A stretch of DNA of 64,000 nucleotides from the NCBI GenBank assembly GCA_951406725.2, contig OX597819.1, positions 56,792,001 through 56,856,000 of the forward strand, written 5' to 3'. Below the pieces are notes generated by a model that saw only the letters and a program-made list of their open reading frames with translations, did no database searches and was not told the DNA's origin. Source of the DNA: Octopus vulgaris. Taxonomy: Eukaryota. The first letter of the stretch is position 1. Each line of letters begins with the position of its first letter. Positions 42,561 to 55,426 of this stretch are shown one piece after another. A program made the translations under genes and the position numbers.

Positions 42561-42950
42561 TAACACAAGAAACACACAAATACTCACACCTATACTCTCA
42601 TGCACGTTCATACATGTACGCAAGCTAACAAACATATACACACACACGCGCGATATTTCTTTCTTTAAGCAAAATTGCATTAACAGGATTATGCATCAAG
42701 AAATTGTCTCTGCTCCTGGCACGGTAACATCGCACACATACCTATAAACACGTGATACCATATCGGAAACTACTGTAAAACTCGATTGATTCAAATCACT
42801 CCACATGCTATGTAGAACAGGCTACAAAAACATTATCTGAAAATAGTTATAATTAACATTATTTAAAAAAACAAAACTAAACAAAATAGTTATACATTAG
42901 TGAAAATAAATATACATTTTTTCAATAAGCATAACTACACTCAGGATTGT

Positions 42951-43245
42951 GGAGGTACATGGCCTAATGGTTAGAGCAGCGGACTCGCAATCGAGGGATC
43001 GCAGGTTCGAATCTCAGACCGGGCGATGTGTGTGTTTATCAGCGAAACACCTAATCTCCACGCGGCTCCGGCAGAAGGTAATGGCGAACTTCTGCTGACG
43101 CTTCGCCACAACTTACTCTCACTCTTTCCTCCTGCATCATGCAGCGCACCTGCATCAGAACGGCATCCCGTCCAGGTGGGGAACCTATGCCAAGGAAATC
43201 GGAAAACCGGCCCTTATGAGTCAGACGTGGCTCGAAAAGAAACAA
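42951..43245 (+). mobile_element. tRNA-derived SINE family E
   Basis: A box tggcctaatgg, B box ggttcgaatc, tRNA-Arg-like ctcgcaa loop, A-rich tail. Confidence 0.8.
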
Positions 43246-43391
43246 ATAACAACACGCAGGATTAAAGAACCCATGCACATTAGTTCAAAAGACTGGAGTT
43301 TAAAGAATTAAAATGATTAAAATTATGGCTTCATAGCTAATGTTCCAAAACAGATACTCATAATCTGTCACAAAAAATATGTACTGGTGCT

Positions 43392-43660
43392 TTAAATCTG
43401 TTCAGTTTTTTTTTCACTTCTACTTATATACTGTTTTGTGAGACTGCTTTGTATTATCATAATCAACAAACTGATATAGAAACTCTTGTGAACATGAAAG
43501 CTAGATGATAAATGAAAAACTCTCAACTTAATCTGCTCCTTGCCACCACTGCCTTCATCATGGTGCTTTGTTACCAGATTATTTGTATTCCAGGATATGG
43601 AATATCTCTCTGTTGCATTCTTGTTCAATACTACAGTTGTCCGTATGTCATAACTAGCAC
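43392..43660 (-). CDS. Candidate terminal coding exon of an unidentified host gene
   Basis: ttgcag| acceptor, then 89 open codons (ASYDIRTTVVLNKNATERYSISW...SSSFHVHKSFYISLLIMII...*) in non-repetitive sequence. No homology recognised. Confidence 0.3.
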
Positions 43661-45398
43661 CTGCAACGTGCTAATGTCACAAATATCATTTGTGCTATAG
43701 AGATGCATTATAAACATTTTAAACTGTATTTCAGCTACAGTTGCTTTGATGGATCAATCGAACTATTTTAATGAATAACATGAAGTGATTCAATACGAAA
43801 GTAGAATATCAACTTTGTCAAGGCGAAATAGAAAACACCATAACACTGCGTTAAAATGATAAAATAATACAAACATCTGTCTTCTCAGATGTAGAAGATT
43901 ATTATAAAGATTCTCCATTCCATGGAGACTCAAGAAAGAAACCAATAAAGTGTCCACAGATTCAGTAGTGATATCTAAAGCAGTATGATGACAGAGATAA
44001 AGAGTTGCAAAATGTATTCAACAAGGAGCAATTTAATTGATATACAATGAAATATGAGAATGAAACCAGAAGCGATACTAAAAGTACTTATGTATTGGTG
44101 TATCACATAAGAAACGACACACACAAGGGATGCAACATAATAACGTATTACTAGATTTCAAGCTCATATTAAAATACAAACTTATCAAAAGAACATGCAG
44201 TTTATAAGAGTACACTTGGCATTTTAGCAATAAAATATAGCCTTAAATTAATAAATTAATAAGTTAAATGAAGTGTCTACATTGTATTCCAAACCTACCG
44301 TCATGCAACCGATTTAACCTAATGCAGGTAACAAAAATATGGCTTTATACAAAATATAGCTATTATAAAGTAATTCTTCTTCATCTTGTAAAATATTTAG
44401 ATGGAACCAGCGTGGCAAGTATAATGTGGTGTTAATAATATACTTAATGCGGAGGAAAGTTAAAATTCTAATAAAAATTATTAATGCGATGCAAAATTAA
44501 GAAAGAATATTAGTTATTGAATAATATTTTGATATCTTTCTGTAGAGGAGAAATATTGGTATATGACACTGCCATATTCGTAAACCTGTACGTTTACTGC
44601 TTTGGCGAGTATATGTAAATACATATGGGTTTTATTATAAATCCATAAAGAAGACAGCGAGCTAGCAGATCTATTAACGCCTCGTTTATGTTCCGCCTAA
44701 TTAATTTCTGAACACCAATTCTACCGAGGTCAGTCTGCCTTTCACCCTTTCGAAGGTCAATAATAAATACCAGTTAAATACTGAGGTTTTTCAAAGTCTC
44801 CTCTAAAACTACCGGTTCTGTGCCAAAAATTAAAACCATTATAAGACCTTAATAGCATTACGACATGTTCCCGTCATGTTCCTTGTCAAATTGAATATTT
44901 TTGTACTTTTTTTTTGTTTTTTACATACCGCAGTTAACTTTGGCTTTCCTTTACAGGTATTCATGTTGATAATTTTATCGAGAGATAGAATCTCTAAATA
45001 ATTCTCAATAATATACGGTAACGGTACCCCCCCCCCACCGCGCAATGAAATTACTTTGTTTATAAAATGATGAAAAAAAAAACCCGCATAAAAGTAGTTA
45101 ATTACTCTAGCGAGCAAAGTTTGTACGAGATGAACTCACTATAAAGTGTAAAACAGCAGCTAAATGGAAGTACGATTATGATACAAAAAAAAAATAAATT
45201 ATATATCAAAAGCAGGAAAGGAAAATATTTCCAAGATAAGGTGATTAGTATCTCAACAAAAATGTTCTAAGCATTCAAAGAAATTCTTAACATCTACAGA
45301 AAAAAAGATCTTCAATCCCAAAACATATTTCCCATCTACTTTATAATATTTATAATAATATATCAATAACAATATGTTTCATAATAATAATAATAATG

Positions 45399-45439
<41 letters not shown>

Positions 45440-45785
45440 TAATCCTGCAGTTTGTATATATTGGCAAGTGCTTACCTCCTTATTTTTTTTCATTTTTATA
45501 TCGTGCATTTAAAAAAAAAACAACTGCACAATTACAAAAAACTGTAAACCACAGCAAAACTTCTCAAAAGAAAAGAAAGCTGATCTCTTCACCATCTGCC
45601 GAATCTATTTACAGATCTGTGGAATTTATCTATTCACCAATCTGTTTTTCTTGCTCCTACTATTCTCTTAAACCCTCACATAATTATGATTATCTCAAGT
45701 ACAAGACAAAAGTTGAAACTAAACAACATTCAATAATGCATTTTAATAATAAATAGAAATAATAATAATGATGGAAATAATAGTG

Positions 45786-45816
<31 letters not shown>

Positions 45817-45857
45817 TAATAAAAATAATAATAATGATAATAATAATGATATACGTA

Positions 45858-47042
45858 TCTTTATATATATAAAACTGAGAATGTGTGTCTGTCTGTCTGC
45901 CTGTGTGTTTCCCTAAAACTTGAGAACTACGCAACCGATTTCATTCAAATTTTACACATGCCTTACTTAGAGTCCGGGGAGTGTCATCGGCAAAAACAAT
46001 TTTAACTTTTTGCCTAGGGCGAGCCCACAGCAATATCATATCTTCTCCACTACGATTCCCTAAAACTTGAGAACTACACAACCAATTTCATTCACATTTT
46101 ACACATGCCTTACATAGTGTCCATGTAGTTTCATGGGCAAACAAATGTTCAACTTCTTGCCTAGAGCGAGTCCATAGCAATATCATATCTTCTCCACTAT
46201 TTCAGTATTACGTGTTAAAGTGAAACAAAAACGTTTGTGTATTTTATGTCAGATACTTTCACTTTAACAATAAAAAAAATAATAAAAATTGAATTATATG
46301 TAGTAAGTAATAATTAAAATCAAACTAAAGTATAATATAATCGTAACATAAAAAAAAGGAAAAATAGCAATTGGTATAAATTGCATCAATGACTTGAACT
46401 TGAATAAGTGGTTTCACATGAATAGGAATAAATTAAAAATAAAATTAGCGTGCAGAAATTGAATAGTCCAGATGGATAATAAAAAATTTAATTAAAGAAA
46501 AGACTATTGTCTATAAAGTATACTATGTAGAGAAAAAAGAAGATTTGAACATGTGGAGGAAAGCACCTTTGAAAAGTGTCTTGGTGTGACTATGAAAGAT
46601 ATCTAATCAGAGGCGGTAAATTCGCCACAATAGAAGCAAGGTTCGAGTCAACGGAGCGTGCAAAGGAGTACTCGACTCGAACTTGCAAAGTGGAAATACT
46701 TTATTTCTACGTTTATATCTGGGACGTAGGACGTCCCGGAAAAAAAATTTTAAATGCCCCCTCCCCCTGAAGTAGAGGTAGGCTGGATTGTAGCCACACT
46801 TCTATACAAGAGGGAGGATAAGATACAATTCATTGAAATTACAAGAGACGGGCTAACAATTCCAGTCTGTTATATATTTTGAGTATTGTTATCACTAGCG
46901 ATATCAAGATATAACTTTGTATTTTGTATTTTATGTGTAGATGTATATATATAGATGTACATGTAATATGTACACATATATATATACACATATATACATG
47001 CACTAGCACTATGACCCGGCAACGACGGGTCTTTAATGCTAG
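45858..47042 (+). mobile_element. Non-autonomous Helitron
   Basis: A|TCtttatatatataaaactgagaatgtgtgtctgtc 5' end. 3' GACCCG-gcaacga-CGGGTC hairpin plus tttaatgCTAG|T. Internal ~146-bp tandem duplication (45909-46200). Confidence 0.88.
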
Positions 47043-47196
47043 TCTCTGCTAAATCCAAGAAAATGTATGAAAACAAATGTGGTTCATATAGTCCCATATA
47101 GATGTTTAAATTAGTTTCTACTAAGGAAACATTTCACTTTTATTTGCACTCTAGTTTGCTGCTTAGGGAACAATCATCGCACCACACAGAATTCTC

Positions 47197-47460
47197 TCTT
47201 ATTTCTCTACTTCCCACAAGGGGCTACACACAAAGGGGACAAACGAAGGACAGACAAGCGGGTCAAGTTGATTACCTCGACCCAGTGCGTAATTGGTAGT
47301 TATTTTATCGACCCCAAAAGGCTGAAGTCAAAGTTGACTTCGGTGGAATTTGAACTCAGAACGTAGCGGCAGATGAAATACCGCTAAGCACTTCGCCCGG
47401 CGTGCAACGTTTCTGCCTGCTCGCCACAATCGGCACGCTAATGTTTCTGCCAGCTCACCA
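47197..47460 (-). mobile_element. SINE family B
   Basis: Reverse complement of 26790-27001, with the head partly duplicated. Confidence 0.88.
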
Positions 47461-47556
47461 CACAGAATCCTCTCTTGGTCAAGTACTAGCAGCAATTTTT
47501 ACATGCTCACAAACGTTACAACTGTTATGTTGCCTCTGTAGCCGGAATTCTTTTTA

Positions 47557-47769
47557 CGAGGGGTTGCTGAAAAGCTCCCGGCTTTAAGGGTATCGCGAAA
47601 GGCGTGGCTGGAGGCCCGACTTTCCGAGTCCTTTTGCAGGACTACTGAAGGACCATTGCAATAAGTGTATTAATCTGAGAGGGCAATATGTTGAATAGAA
47701 TTACAATTAACTGATCCTCCTCTATTTTCTTTTACCCAAAGCTAGGAACTTTTCACCCGCATATCCTCG
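47557..47769 (+). mobile_element. Mariner-derived MITE
   Basis: TA|cgaggggttgctgaaaagctcc...ggaacttttca...cctcg|TA. Retains the NKCINLRGQYVE* transposase tail. Confidence 0.85.
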
Positions 47770-48379
47770 TATTCTTGAAATTGCTGTTGATCATAAATAA
47801 ATGAATGAATATATAAATAATGAATATAAACAATACAAATAAAAATATAAAACAAATTTACTTGAGTTTAAATGAACAAAAAACGTTTCTGAAAGAAACG
47901 AACTTACGGATAACTGGAATAGTTTCGGTTTAGCATATTTTTAAAATTTGGTTATCACATGGATATCTACTATTAAGCCATAATTATTTACTTGTATGTG
48001 TTATAAACCCGAATAGCGCAGAATATTACATTATGTTATACTTTTTTGTTAAATGTAATTTTTCTGATAAAAGAATTTGCTTTAATAAATTCATATTGTT
48101 TCACTCCATTTTATGTCCATCTCATTTAATTTATTGATGAAGTCAAAAAGTTAAACGGTGTCAATCCTTTGGTTTTTCTAGCTCATTGCACATTTTCCCA
48201 TCACACGACTATAAACATTTAAAAATAGTATCGCAGAGAACATAAAAATGTCGCAGGAAGTTTTCTCTTGAAAGCCATCAAACTTCAGTAAGTGCTAAAA
48301 AAAAAAAAATACAGTAGAAGCAATGTACAATTTGTTCATTTTTCATGTTAAACTTTTACGAAAATGCAGGTATTCAACA

Positions 48380-48560
48380 GATAAGCATTTTTATAATATT
48401 TACCGCTTTAATAACATTGTGCAAAGTTTTATGTAGCCCACCAGTGAGATGGTTGCAGCTAAATGTTGCCAATGAATAAGTCAGTGAATCGTAAAATTTG
48501 CAACTGCTAGCTTGAATGTGCTCTAAATTCACAATGGCGCCCAAAGGTAACAGGTCTGTG
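48380..48560 (-). pseudogene. hAT (Buster/Charlie-type) transposase fragment
   Basis: TIH*LIHWQHLAA / LHKTLHNVIKAVNIIK resembles the HCxxHxxxL...V.K.VN.IK region of hAT transposases. Confidence 0.55.
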
Positions 48561-49779
48561 TTATATTGGGAAGTAAAAGTGTTTTTATTGCTTGGAAATG
48601 AAAAAAAATAGAAATAGTTCAAATGAACAAAAGGTTGTAATAATTTTATTCAATAAATTTTGCTTTTTACTACTTACTTACATATTACACTCGGAAAACC
48701 AAAGCAATGCGTATAAGTTATTCATATATAACTGGCACTGTTTCATTCAAAATAGTTATTACTTATATTAATGGAATTTAAAGCGCAATATCATGATTGC
48801 TCTTATTCATTAACAACATAGAGTTTGAAAGACATGATTTAAAAAGAAATTAAGGATTTCTCGTTTAATGAACTACAGTATAGAGCAGAAATTTTCGGTA
48901 ATGAAATCATTAACGAAAAAAATAGATCAAAATTTAGTCTCAATTTCCAGATTACGATTCGTAACCGACGCCATTTTTCGTATTGAATATACAATGAAAC
49001 TCTTACTAGTTTATTATCTTTATTTTTTTTATCATTATAAAAGAGTCTCTGGTCAACTCTTATAATCTTCTTTCTTCGTATTCCAAATTTCAATGTTTTA
49101 TTACCCGCTAATTTAGTTTATGATCGCGTTAACTTGACAGTGAAGTAGAAATTGGTATGAAGTAAAATCTCTAGACAATAAACTTTTAATCTTTAATGAT
49201 ATTTAATTAGATTTAATTAGTTCTCCCGTTGAAAATTTGATGAAGTTAAACTTATGGCGATTGTTGATAACCACATTTTACTTTATCCAACGGTTGTCTG
49301 TACTAGTTATTTTATTTTTTCATTTTTGTAGCGGTAGAAGAGATTTTTTATCTATTTTCTTTTCTTCAGCCAGCTTGATCATACTCGAAGATACGTTTTA
49401 GTGAAATGAAGTATTCTTTATGTGTTAGTGTTGCTGTTGCAGCAGTTTTTTTTTAAATACCTAAGTCGGTGAGATGGTTGAATCGATAGATCGTGGTAAA
49501 AAATGGTTTGCGATATTAGCTCTGGCTCTTTACGTTGTGAGTTCAAATCTAATCGTGGTCAACTTTATCTTTCACATAGTACCAGCCAAGAACTAGAGTC
49601 TATGTTATCGACATGCTCCTTATATAGACCCAGTTTGGCCAAGAATAAAGACACAAGCCTTTGGGCAGGCGTGTAATGCATCATGCTATACCGTTTCACT
49701 TAACTCATCGAGGATTTTAAACACCAATAAAATAATAATAATAATACGTGGAACAATATGAGAAATACGTAGAACAATA

Positions 49780-50993
49780 CGTGGAACATAGATATAGCAT
49801 GTCCAGCTGACAACAAGGTATGCGATAAGGAAGAAAGACAATTCGATAGATATGACAGGTTAGCTTGGGAGGTTAAGCAGTTGTGGTCGCTGAGAAAGGT
49901 GGTAGTAGCACAAATAATTGTCGGAGCCCTGATAACAGTGATTAAAACACTTGAGGAGTACATGGAACAAATAGGAGCTGCAATAAGTGTGAGCACTTGC
50001 AGAAAATTGGAACCGCTCGAATACTCCGGAAGGTGATCGAAAAATAAGAGGTGTTACCTTAGTTCACCAATAGTGAACATCTCGAGCGTTAGAAACTGTG
50101 CAAAGGCGATTATGAAAATAATAATCAGTGGCTAGTGTCTTCAGGCTTCAAATCAGAAACGGAAGAGTTTATCGTAGCAGCCCAGGATCATTGCCTACCT
50201 ACAAGAAACTACCAAAACTGTGGGAGCCCAACATTTCGTGTATGTCAACAACAAAATGTGACCATTGATCATGTTGTCAACATGTGCAGTTTTCTTGCGA
50301 CTACAGAGTATCTCAACAGGCATGATAGAGCAGAACAATATATTCACTGGATAATTTGCATATCCCTGGACCTATCCCAGGATAAAATGTGGTGGGAACA
50401 TATGCTACCTCCAGTGCTTGAAAACGTTCACATCTCACTCCTCTGGAACTTCACCATTGAAACTGACAGAAAGATAGATGCGTATAGGCTAGGCATTATA
50501 TTGAAAGACTTCAGAAAAAAATCCTAGCTCCTCATTGATATGACTGTCCCAAAAGACATGAAGGTATATTTCAAGACCTAACAAAAACTGAGAAATTATA
50601 AACCTCTTGAAATACAAATTAGCAAAATATAGAACCTCAAGACTAAAACAGCACCCTGTTGTCATAGGTGCCCTAGGAATGATAGCAAAAGGGAAACCAG
50701 ATGTAGTGTTAATTGAGAAAGAAAGCAAACCATGGTGGATCATAGATATAGCATGCCCAGCGATAAGGATCAAAGAAAAGTCGATAAATATGACAGGTTA
50801 GCTTGGGACGATAAGCAGTTGTGGTCGCTGAAAAAGGTGGTAGCAGTACCAATAATTGTCGGATCCCTGGGAATAGTGAGTAAAAGTCTTGAAAAGTACA
50901 TGGAAGAAATAGGGGCTGCTATAAGGGAGGAGAACTTGCAGAAAATAGTACTGTTTGGAACCACTCGAATACTCCGGATCGAGCTCGAAAATT

Positions 50994-50996
<3 letters not shown>
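49780..50996 (+). mobile_element. Cluster of three R4/Dong-like LINE 3' fragments
   Basis: 49780-50047 IDIACPAD..K..YDRLAWEVKQLW..IIVGAL; 50130-50690 SETE.FIVAAQD..CQQ..TIDHVV..C..RHD..IHW..LWNF; 50695-50996 KPDVVLIEK..IDIACP..PIIVGSLG. Confidence 0.88.
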
Positions 50997-51030
<34 letters not shown>

Positions 51031-51035
<5 letters not shown>

Positions 51036-51210
51036 TAATCCAAACATGAAAGCACAAAAAAAAACACAACAACGCGAGGACGTGGAACAAATATAGTATT
51101 ATTGGACGCTCAGGAAAGGAGGAAAAGGAGGAGGGTTTAACGTTTCGAGCGGAGCTCTTCGTCGGAAGCATAGGAGAATGAAAGATCCAGAGAAGGGAAG
51201 ACAGAGGAAA
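51031..51210 (-). mobile_element. PLE-type pseudo-LTR in (TA)n with hammerhead motif (51136-51168)
   Basis: Minus strand: tt-CCGACGA-a-GAGC-tcc-GCTC-GAA-ACGT-T-aaa (U4 changed to C). (TA)n flanks. Confidence 0.65.
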
Positions 51211-51934
51211 TATATATATACATATACTTCTACAGCTTATTCTATATCTCACAGATTTGTATGTGCAAATACAATTTCTTTCGTACGTAACCAAGAACTT
51301 GCTTCCATTGTTCATCCCTGACAGGAACACGAATGTGTTACTATGCTGGTCAGTAAAATGGCATGCAATACAATACCTATAGATTCTCTATTTCTCATAT
51401 CGATTCCCTGTGTTTCAGTTTTCCAATTCCAATCCGTTTTTTTTTTTCTCTCTTTATTATTTCTAACTTGCGTTTTTTCATATCTTTGATAACACTTCTT
51501 CCAGGAAATGTAACACTAAATTACATAGCAGCATTTGTCTGTTTAACCCCATCGACCTACTTCCAACAATTCTGACCCTCTTCTTTGACCTATCACTCGT
51601 TACTTTCAATTCAATTCCATTTCTCCAAATGGAGAAAATATCTGATAATCCACAATCGATCTTTTCACTTGTTAAAATCAGTATAAAGTTTCTTTTTTGT
51701 AATAGCTGCTGGCATTACTGCGTGGTAAAAATGTCCGCCTTTCTTCCATTTAGTTCTCTGTTCGATCCTGTTGCGTTGTAGCCTGGGTGTTCTATGCCAC
51801 ATCTTTGTAGTCATCAATTCATTAGGAGAGGATTGGGCTCATCCGACATTGTATGGGAAACTACCATAAATATAATAAGGGTATCTAAGTGCGTGTGTAT
51901 GATTTATATACATGCGTATATAACGTATATATAC

Positions 51935-52632
51935 TTTCTGCAGATGAAACGACCTTAGTCTCCTTTGGAGTGGATTAAGCGGGGTGTTTCCACTGAATGG
52001 ATTGTCTCTTTTTCCATGGCTTAAAGTTATGAAGCCAGCACGCATAGTGGGTTAAAATACGTTAAAGGAAACCAGCTAGATCTACCCAAAACAATGCCAA
52101 CCTGGAGCGCTCTTGATCAGGTGTCTAAAGACGTGGCACCCATTGAGCAGAAACCTTCGGCCAAGATCATTGTGCAGAAATTTCTCAACTCATTCACGGG
52201 ATATGTTACAAGCATTGGCTATTTCAGTTATAGTCAGCATGTGGAGGAACACGATCAATATTTTATTTGGTGGCGGCTGTGGCAGGACATCCGGACCCAG
52301 GGTCATCTTCGTTACTCTCTCATTCCGTCCAAACTTTATCCTTCCCACTGTTTCACAATTGATAAAGTTGGAGCGACATACCTTAATGTAGCAACTATGC
52401 CAGCATGAATGTACTTAGCGGTTAAACCCATTGTCTACCGACACTCGATAAGACCGCGATGACAAATCTTGTCCATTTCCAAGAGATCTATATTAGTTTC
52501 TTTTGAAATCTTTGAAGAGTCAGATGTCAGTTTTGCTGAAAAGAGTCAATGCAGTTGTTAATCAGAAAAGCGGATAATAATTCATGCATCACTCCCTTCA
52601 TCGTCAACCGATGAACTTTATTCCACCCTCCT
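51935..52632 (-). mobile_element. Decayed mariner, 5' half, related to 12471-13540
   Basis: TIR-like gtcaaccgatgaacttt...ccctc at the right end. Minus-strand WVPRL motif and EDDPGSGCPATAAT. Confidence 0.8.
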
Positions 52633-53389
52633 ATACATATTTAGTCCTATGTACAAATGTAAATTGATGCTGCAGGTAGGAAGACAGAAATTTAGAAAAT
52701 AAAAACGCAATTATGAATATAGTAGAAAGTGAACCATACATGTTGGGAGGAAGCCTTGCCCTAAATTTATTAAAAATAATAGCAGCCTATGAACAAAGAA
52801 TGTACTTATACACGATAGAGCAATGTGATTAAATATTTAAATCGACTGTCAACATCTGAAGTGGCAGCTGTGGCGCGACAACATTATAAATTCAGTATGA
52901 TATACAAGAAAAACGAAAAAGACAAAAGCGAAGCAGGAAACGTCGGTGGCTGGTCACTATAGGACTGCTACAGTTAACAACCCAAACTTTATGAAATAAC
53001 ACCATACTGTTTTCACAACAGAGAATATCTGAATATATAGATAAATAAATCAATAAATAAAGAGATAAATGAATAGAATGCGTCTGGAAGAACTTTCAAA
53101 TCAAGTCCGTTTGAATACGGCTTTGAAAGGTATAAACAACATTAGATACAAAATATAGGACATAATTTTATATTTTACTTTTGATTATTTTCTTTATTGT
53201 ATTTTCTCCCATAGCCCAACGAAAATTGCAAGTAAAAATCTCTTACACTATTTGGTATACATATGCGAATTATAGATTATCTAAAAAACAAATAGCATCT
53301 TGAAAATTCGCGGTTAAATACCAGGTACAAGATTTATAATCAACAGTATTACCTACTATATATAAAAACACATGAATGTGAATATATAT

Positions 53390-53442
<53 letters not shown>

Positions 53443-53455
53443 GCATATATATATA

Positions 53456-53501
<46 letters not shown>

Positions 53502-53625
53502 GTACATCTATAATGTATATATATATATATATATGTATAAGGGTGAAAAGGAACACACGAGTTGATATATATGAAAAAACAAGTCAAAAATAGAAAATGC
53601 TAAAATAATTTTATAGTGAACATTT

Positions 53626-53663
53626 CAGTACCGGTTTCGGTAATTTTGAGACCTTTTCAACTG
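53626..53663 (-). ncRNA. Minimal hammerhead ribozyme, U3-A8 core variant
   Basis: CAG-TTGAAAA-GGT-ctcaaaatt-ACC-GAA-ACCGGT-A-CTG. Confidence 0.75.
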
Positions 53664-54142
53664 TAACGATTAAATAATTAAATTTAGAAAAATTAGAAGA
53701 AAAGTTTTTTTAAAAGAATATTTCTATAGTAGTGTTCAGATTTAAGTGGCATTCTGCCTTTCTCTGACTCCCTTGTTTGCACTTGTGTGTCGGAGGTCGT
53801 TGTGAGTTCTTGGAAGGGTAGTAGAGGAAGAAGGCTGGTGGGGAAAGGGGGATGGGAGTATCTGGGAGTGCCCTGATGGTCGTATTTTGAATGGTCAGTG
53901 GCGGCTGGCAGTCTCAGTTCAATTCAGGAGAATATTTATATTGACAGGCTTGTTTATAGAATTAGCGTAGGTGTTATACTAAAAAACATTAGTGACAAAG
54001 TTAAGGGGTAGGGGGTGGAGAAGTAGAAGAAGAAGAAGAAGAAGGAGAAGGAGAAGGAGAAGGAGAAGGAGAAGATGACGATGATGGTGGTGGTGGTGAT
54101 GATTATGACGACGAACTACCACACCGCATCAAAAAAGAATTC

Positions 54143-55426
54143 GTGATAGAAGGGGTCAAATTCATCCTGGAAAATAACTTCTTCGCCTTCAATGACAACT
54201 TCTACCGACAAAAATCGGGGACTGCGATGGGTACACGAATGGCCCCCTCCTTTGCCAACCTAGTCATAGGATACCTAGAGATCAGTCTGTATCGTAAGGT
54301 TCTAGAAAGATATGGCAGCCCTTTCTCCATCTACATAGAAAACAACTGGAAGAGATATCTAGATGACTGTTTCATCCTTTGGCATAAAAATATAGAAAAA
54401 CTCATAGAATTCCAGAAAATTTTAAACGGACTGGACGTAAACATCCAATTCACGATGGAATATAGCCAACAACAACTCCCCTTCCTCGATATCCTCATTA
54501 AGAAAGCTAATAATATAATAGAAACAGACATATACTATAAGCCTACAGACTCTAAGCAATATCTTCCATTCAATTCATGCCACCCCAGACACACCAGGAT
54601 GAATATCCCCTTCAATCTAGCAAAAAGGATATGCACTATAGTCTCTAACGCAAACACCAGAGACACACGACTACAAGAACTAAAAGATACCCTAATCACC
54701 AGGAACTATCCACCTTCACTTATTGACAAGTGCATTCAACGTGCCCTTCAACTTAACATCAAGGAACTGAGACATCCCAAATCAAAGAAAAACTTACAAC
54801 CAAAAGCCTTACCATACATCTCCACACACAACCCTCTCAATAACGAAGCCTTCGACACCATCCTCCACAACATACCCCTCCTAAAAAAAGACCACAGAAT
54901 GAACACAATCCTCCAAACACACACGATCATAAAAAGCAAAAGACAGCCTAGATCCATGAAAAGTCTCCTTACACAAGCCCGAATTCACTCCTCAACACAG
55001 AAGCCGACAGTAAAAAAATGTGGAAGACCCAATTGCGGGATATGCGACTATCTAATTGAGGGATCAGAGTTCTCCTTCAAGCAGGGACAACGGTTTACAG
55101 TGAAAAGCAACTTCACATGTGCTTCGGAGAACCTAATATACTCACTAACCTGCTCCGGGTGTCAAGAGCAGTACATAGGCCAAACAAAAAATGGTTTGCG
55201 TAAACGAATGGCCCTGCACAGATCCCAGATAAAAATTCCCCAAAACAGAAAAATAGCTTTTAGCCAACACATAGATACTTGCGCCAACAAAAAAACACCA
55301 AACTTCAGAATTTTCCCCCTCTACCAATTTAGGGACGATACAACCTCGAGACAAAGAATAAGTAAAGAAAATCTCTTTATTACAAAATACAAGCCACTTC
55401 AAACAATTAATATACCTCAACTTTAG
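54143..55426 (+). CDS. PLE reverse transcriptase (C-terminal half) plus GIY-YIG endonuclease, uninterrupted but N-terminally truncated
   Basis: QKSGTAMGTRMAPSFANL, RYLDDCF, LPFLDI, YYKPTDS, SCHP. Linker CGRPNCGIC. NLIYSLTCSGCQEQYIGQT..RKRMALH..HIDTC..E. The Cys-linker points to the Neptune/Naiad type. Confidence 0.95.
   Translation: MIEGVKFILENNFFAFNDNFYRQKSGTAMGTRMAPSFANLVIGYLEISLYRKVLERYGSPFSIYIENNWKRYLDDCFILWHKNIEKLIEFQKILNGLDVNIQFTMEYSQQQLPFLDILIKKANNIIETDIYYKPTDSKQYLPFNSCHPRHTRMNIPFNLAKRICTIVSNANTRDTRLQELKDTLITRNYPPSLIDKCIQRALQLNIKELRHPKSKKNLQPKALPYISTHNPLNNEAFDTILHNIPLLKKDHRMNTILQTHTIIKSKRQPRSMKSLLTQARIHSSTQKPTVKKCGRPNCGICDYLIEGSEFSFKQGQRFTVKSNFTCASENLIYSLTCSGCQEQYIGQTKNGLRKRMALHRSQIKIPQNRKIAFSQHIDTCANKKTPNFRIFPLYQFRDDTTSRQRISKENLFITKYKPLQTINIPQL

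Noticed and set aside
42951-43025. tRNA-Arg-like gene
   Set aside because: The acceptor stem does not pair and the sequence continues into a SINE body.
54005-54142. Acidic Glu/Asp/Gly extension in frame with the PLE ORF
   Set aside because: It derives from antisense trinucleotide repeats of the inverted pseudo-LTR. There is no ATG and a stop at 54002, so it is a chance fusion.
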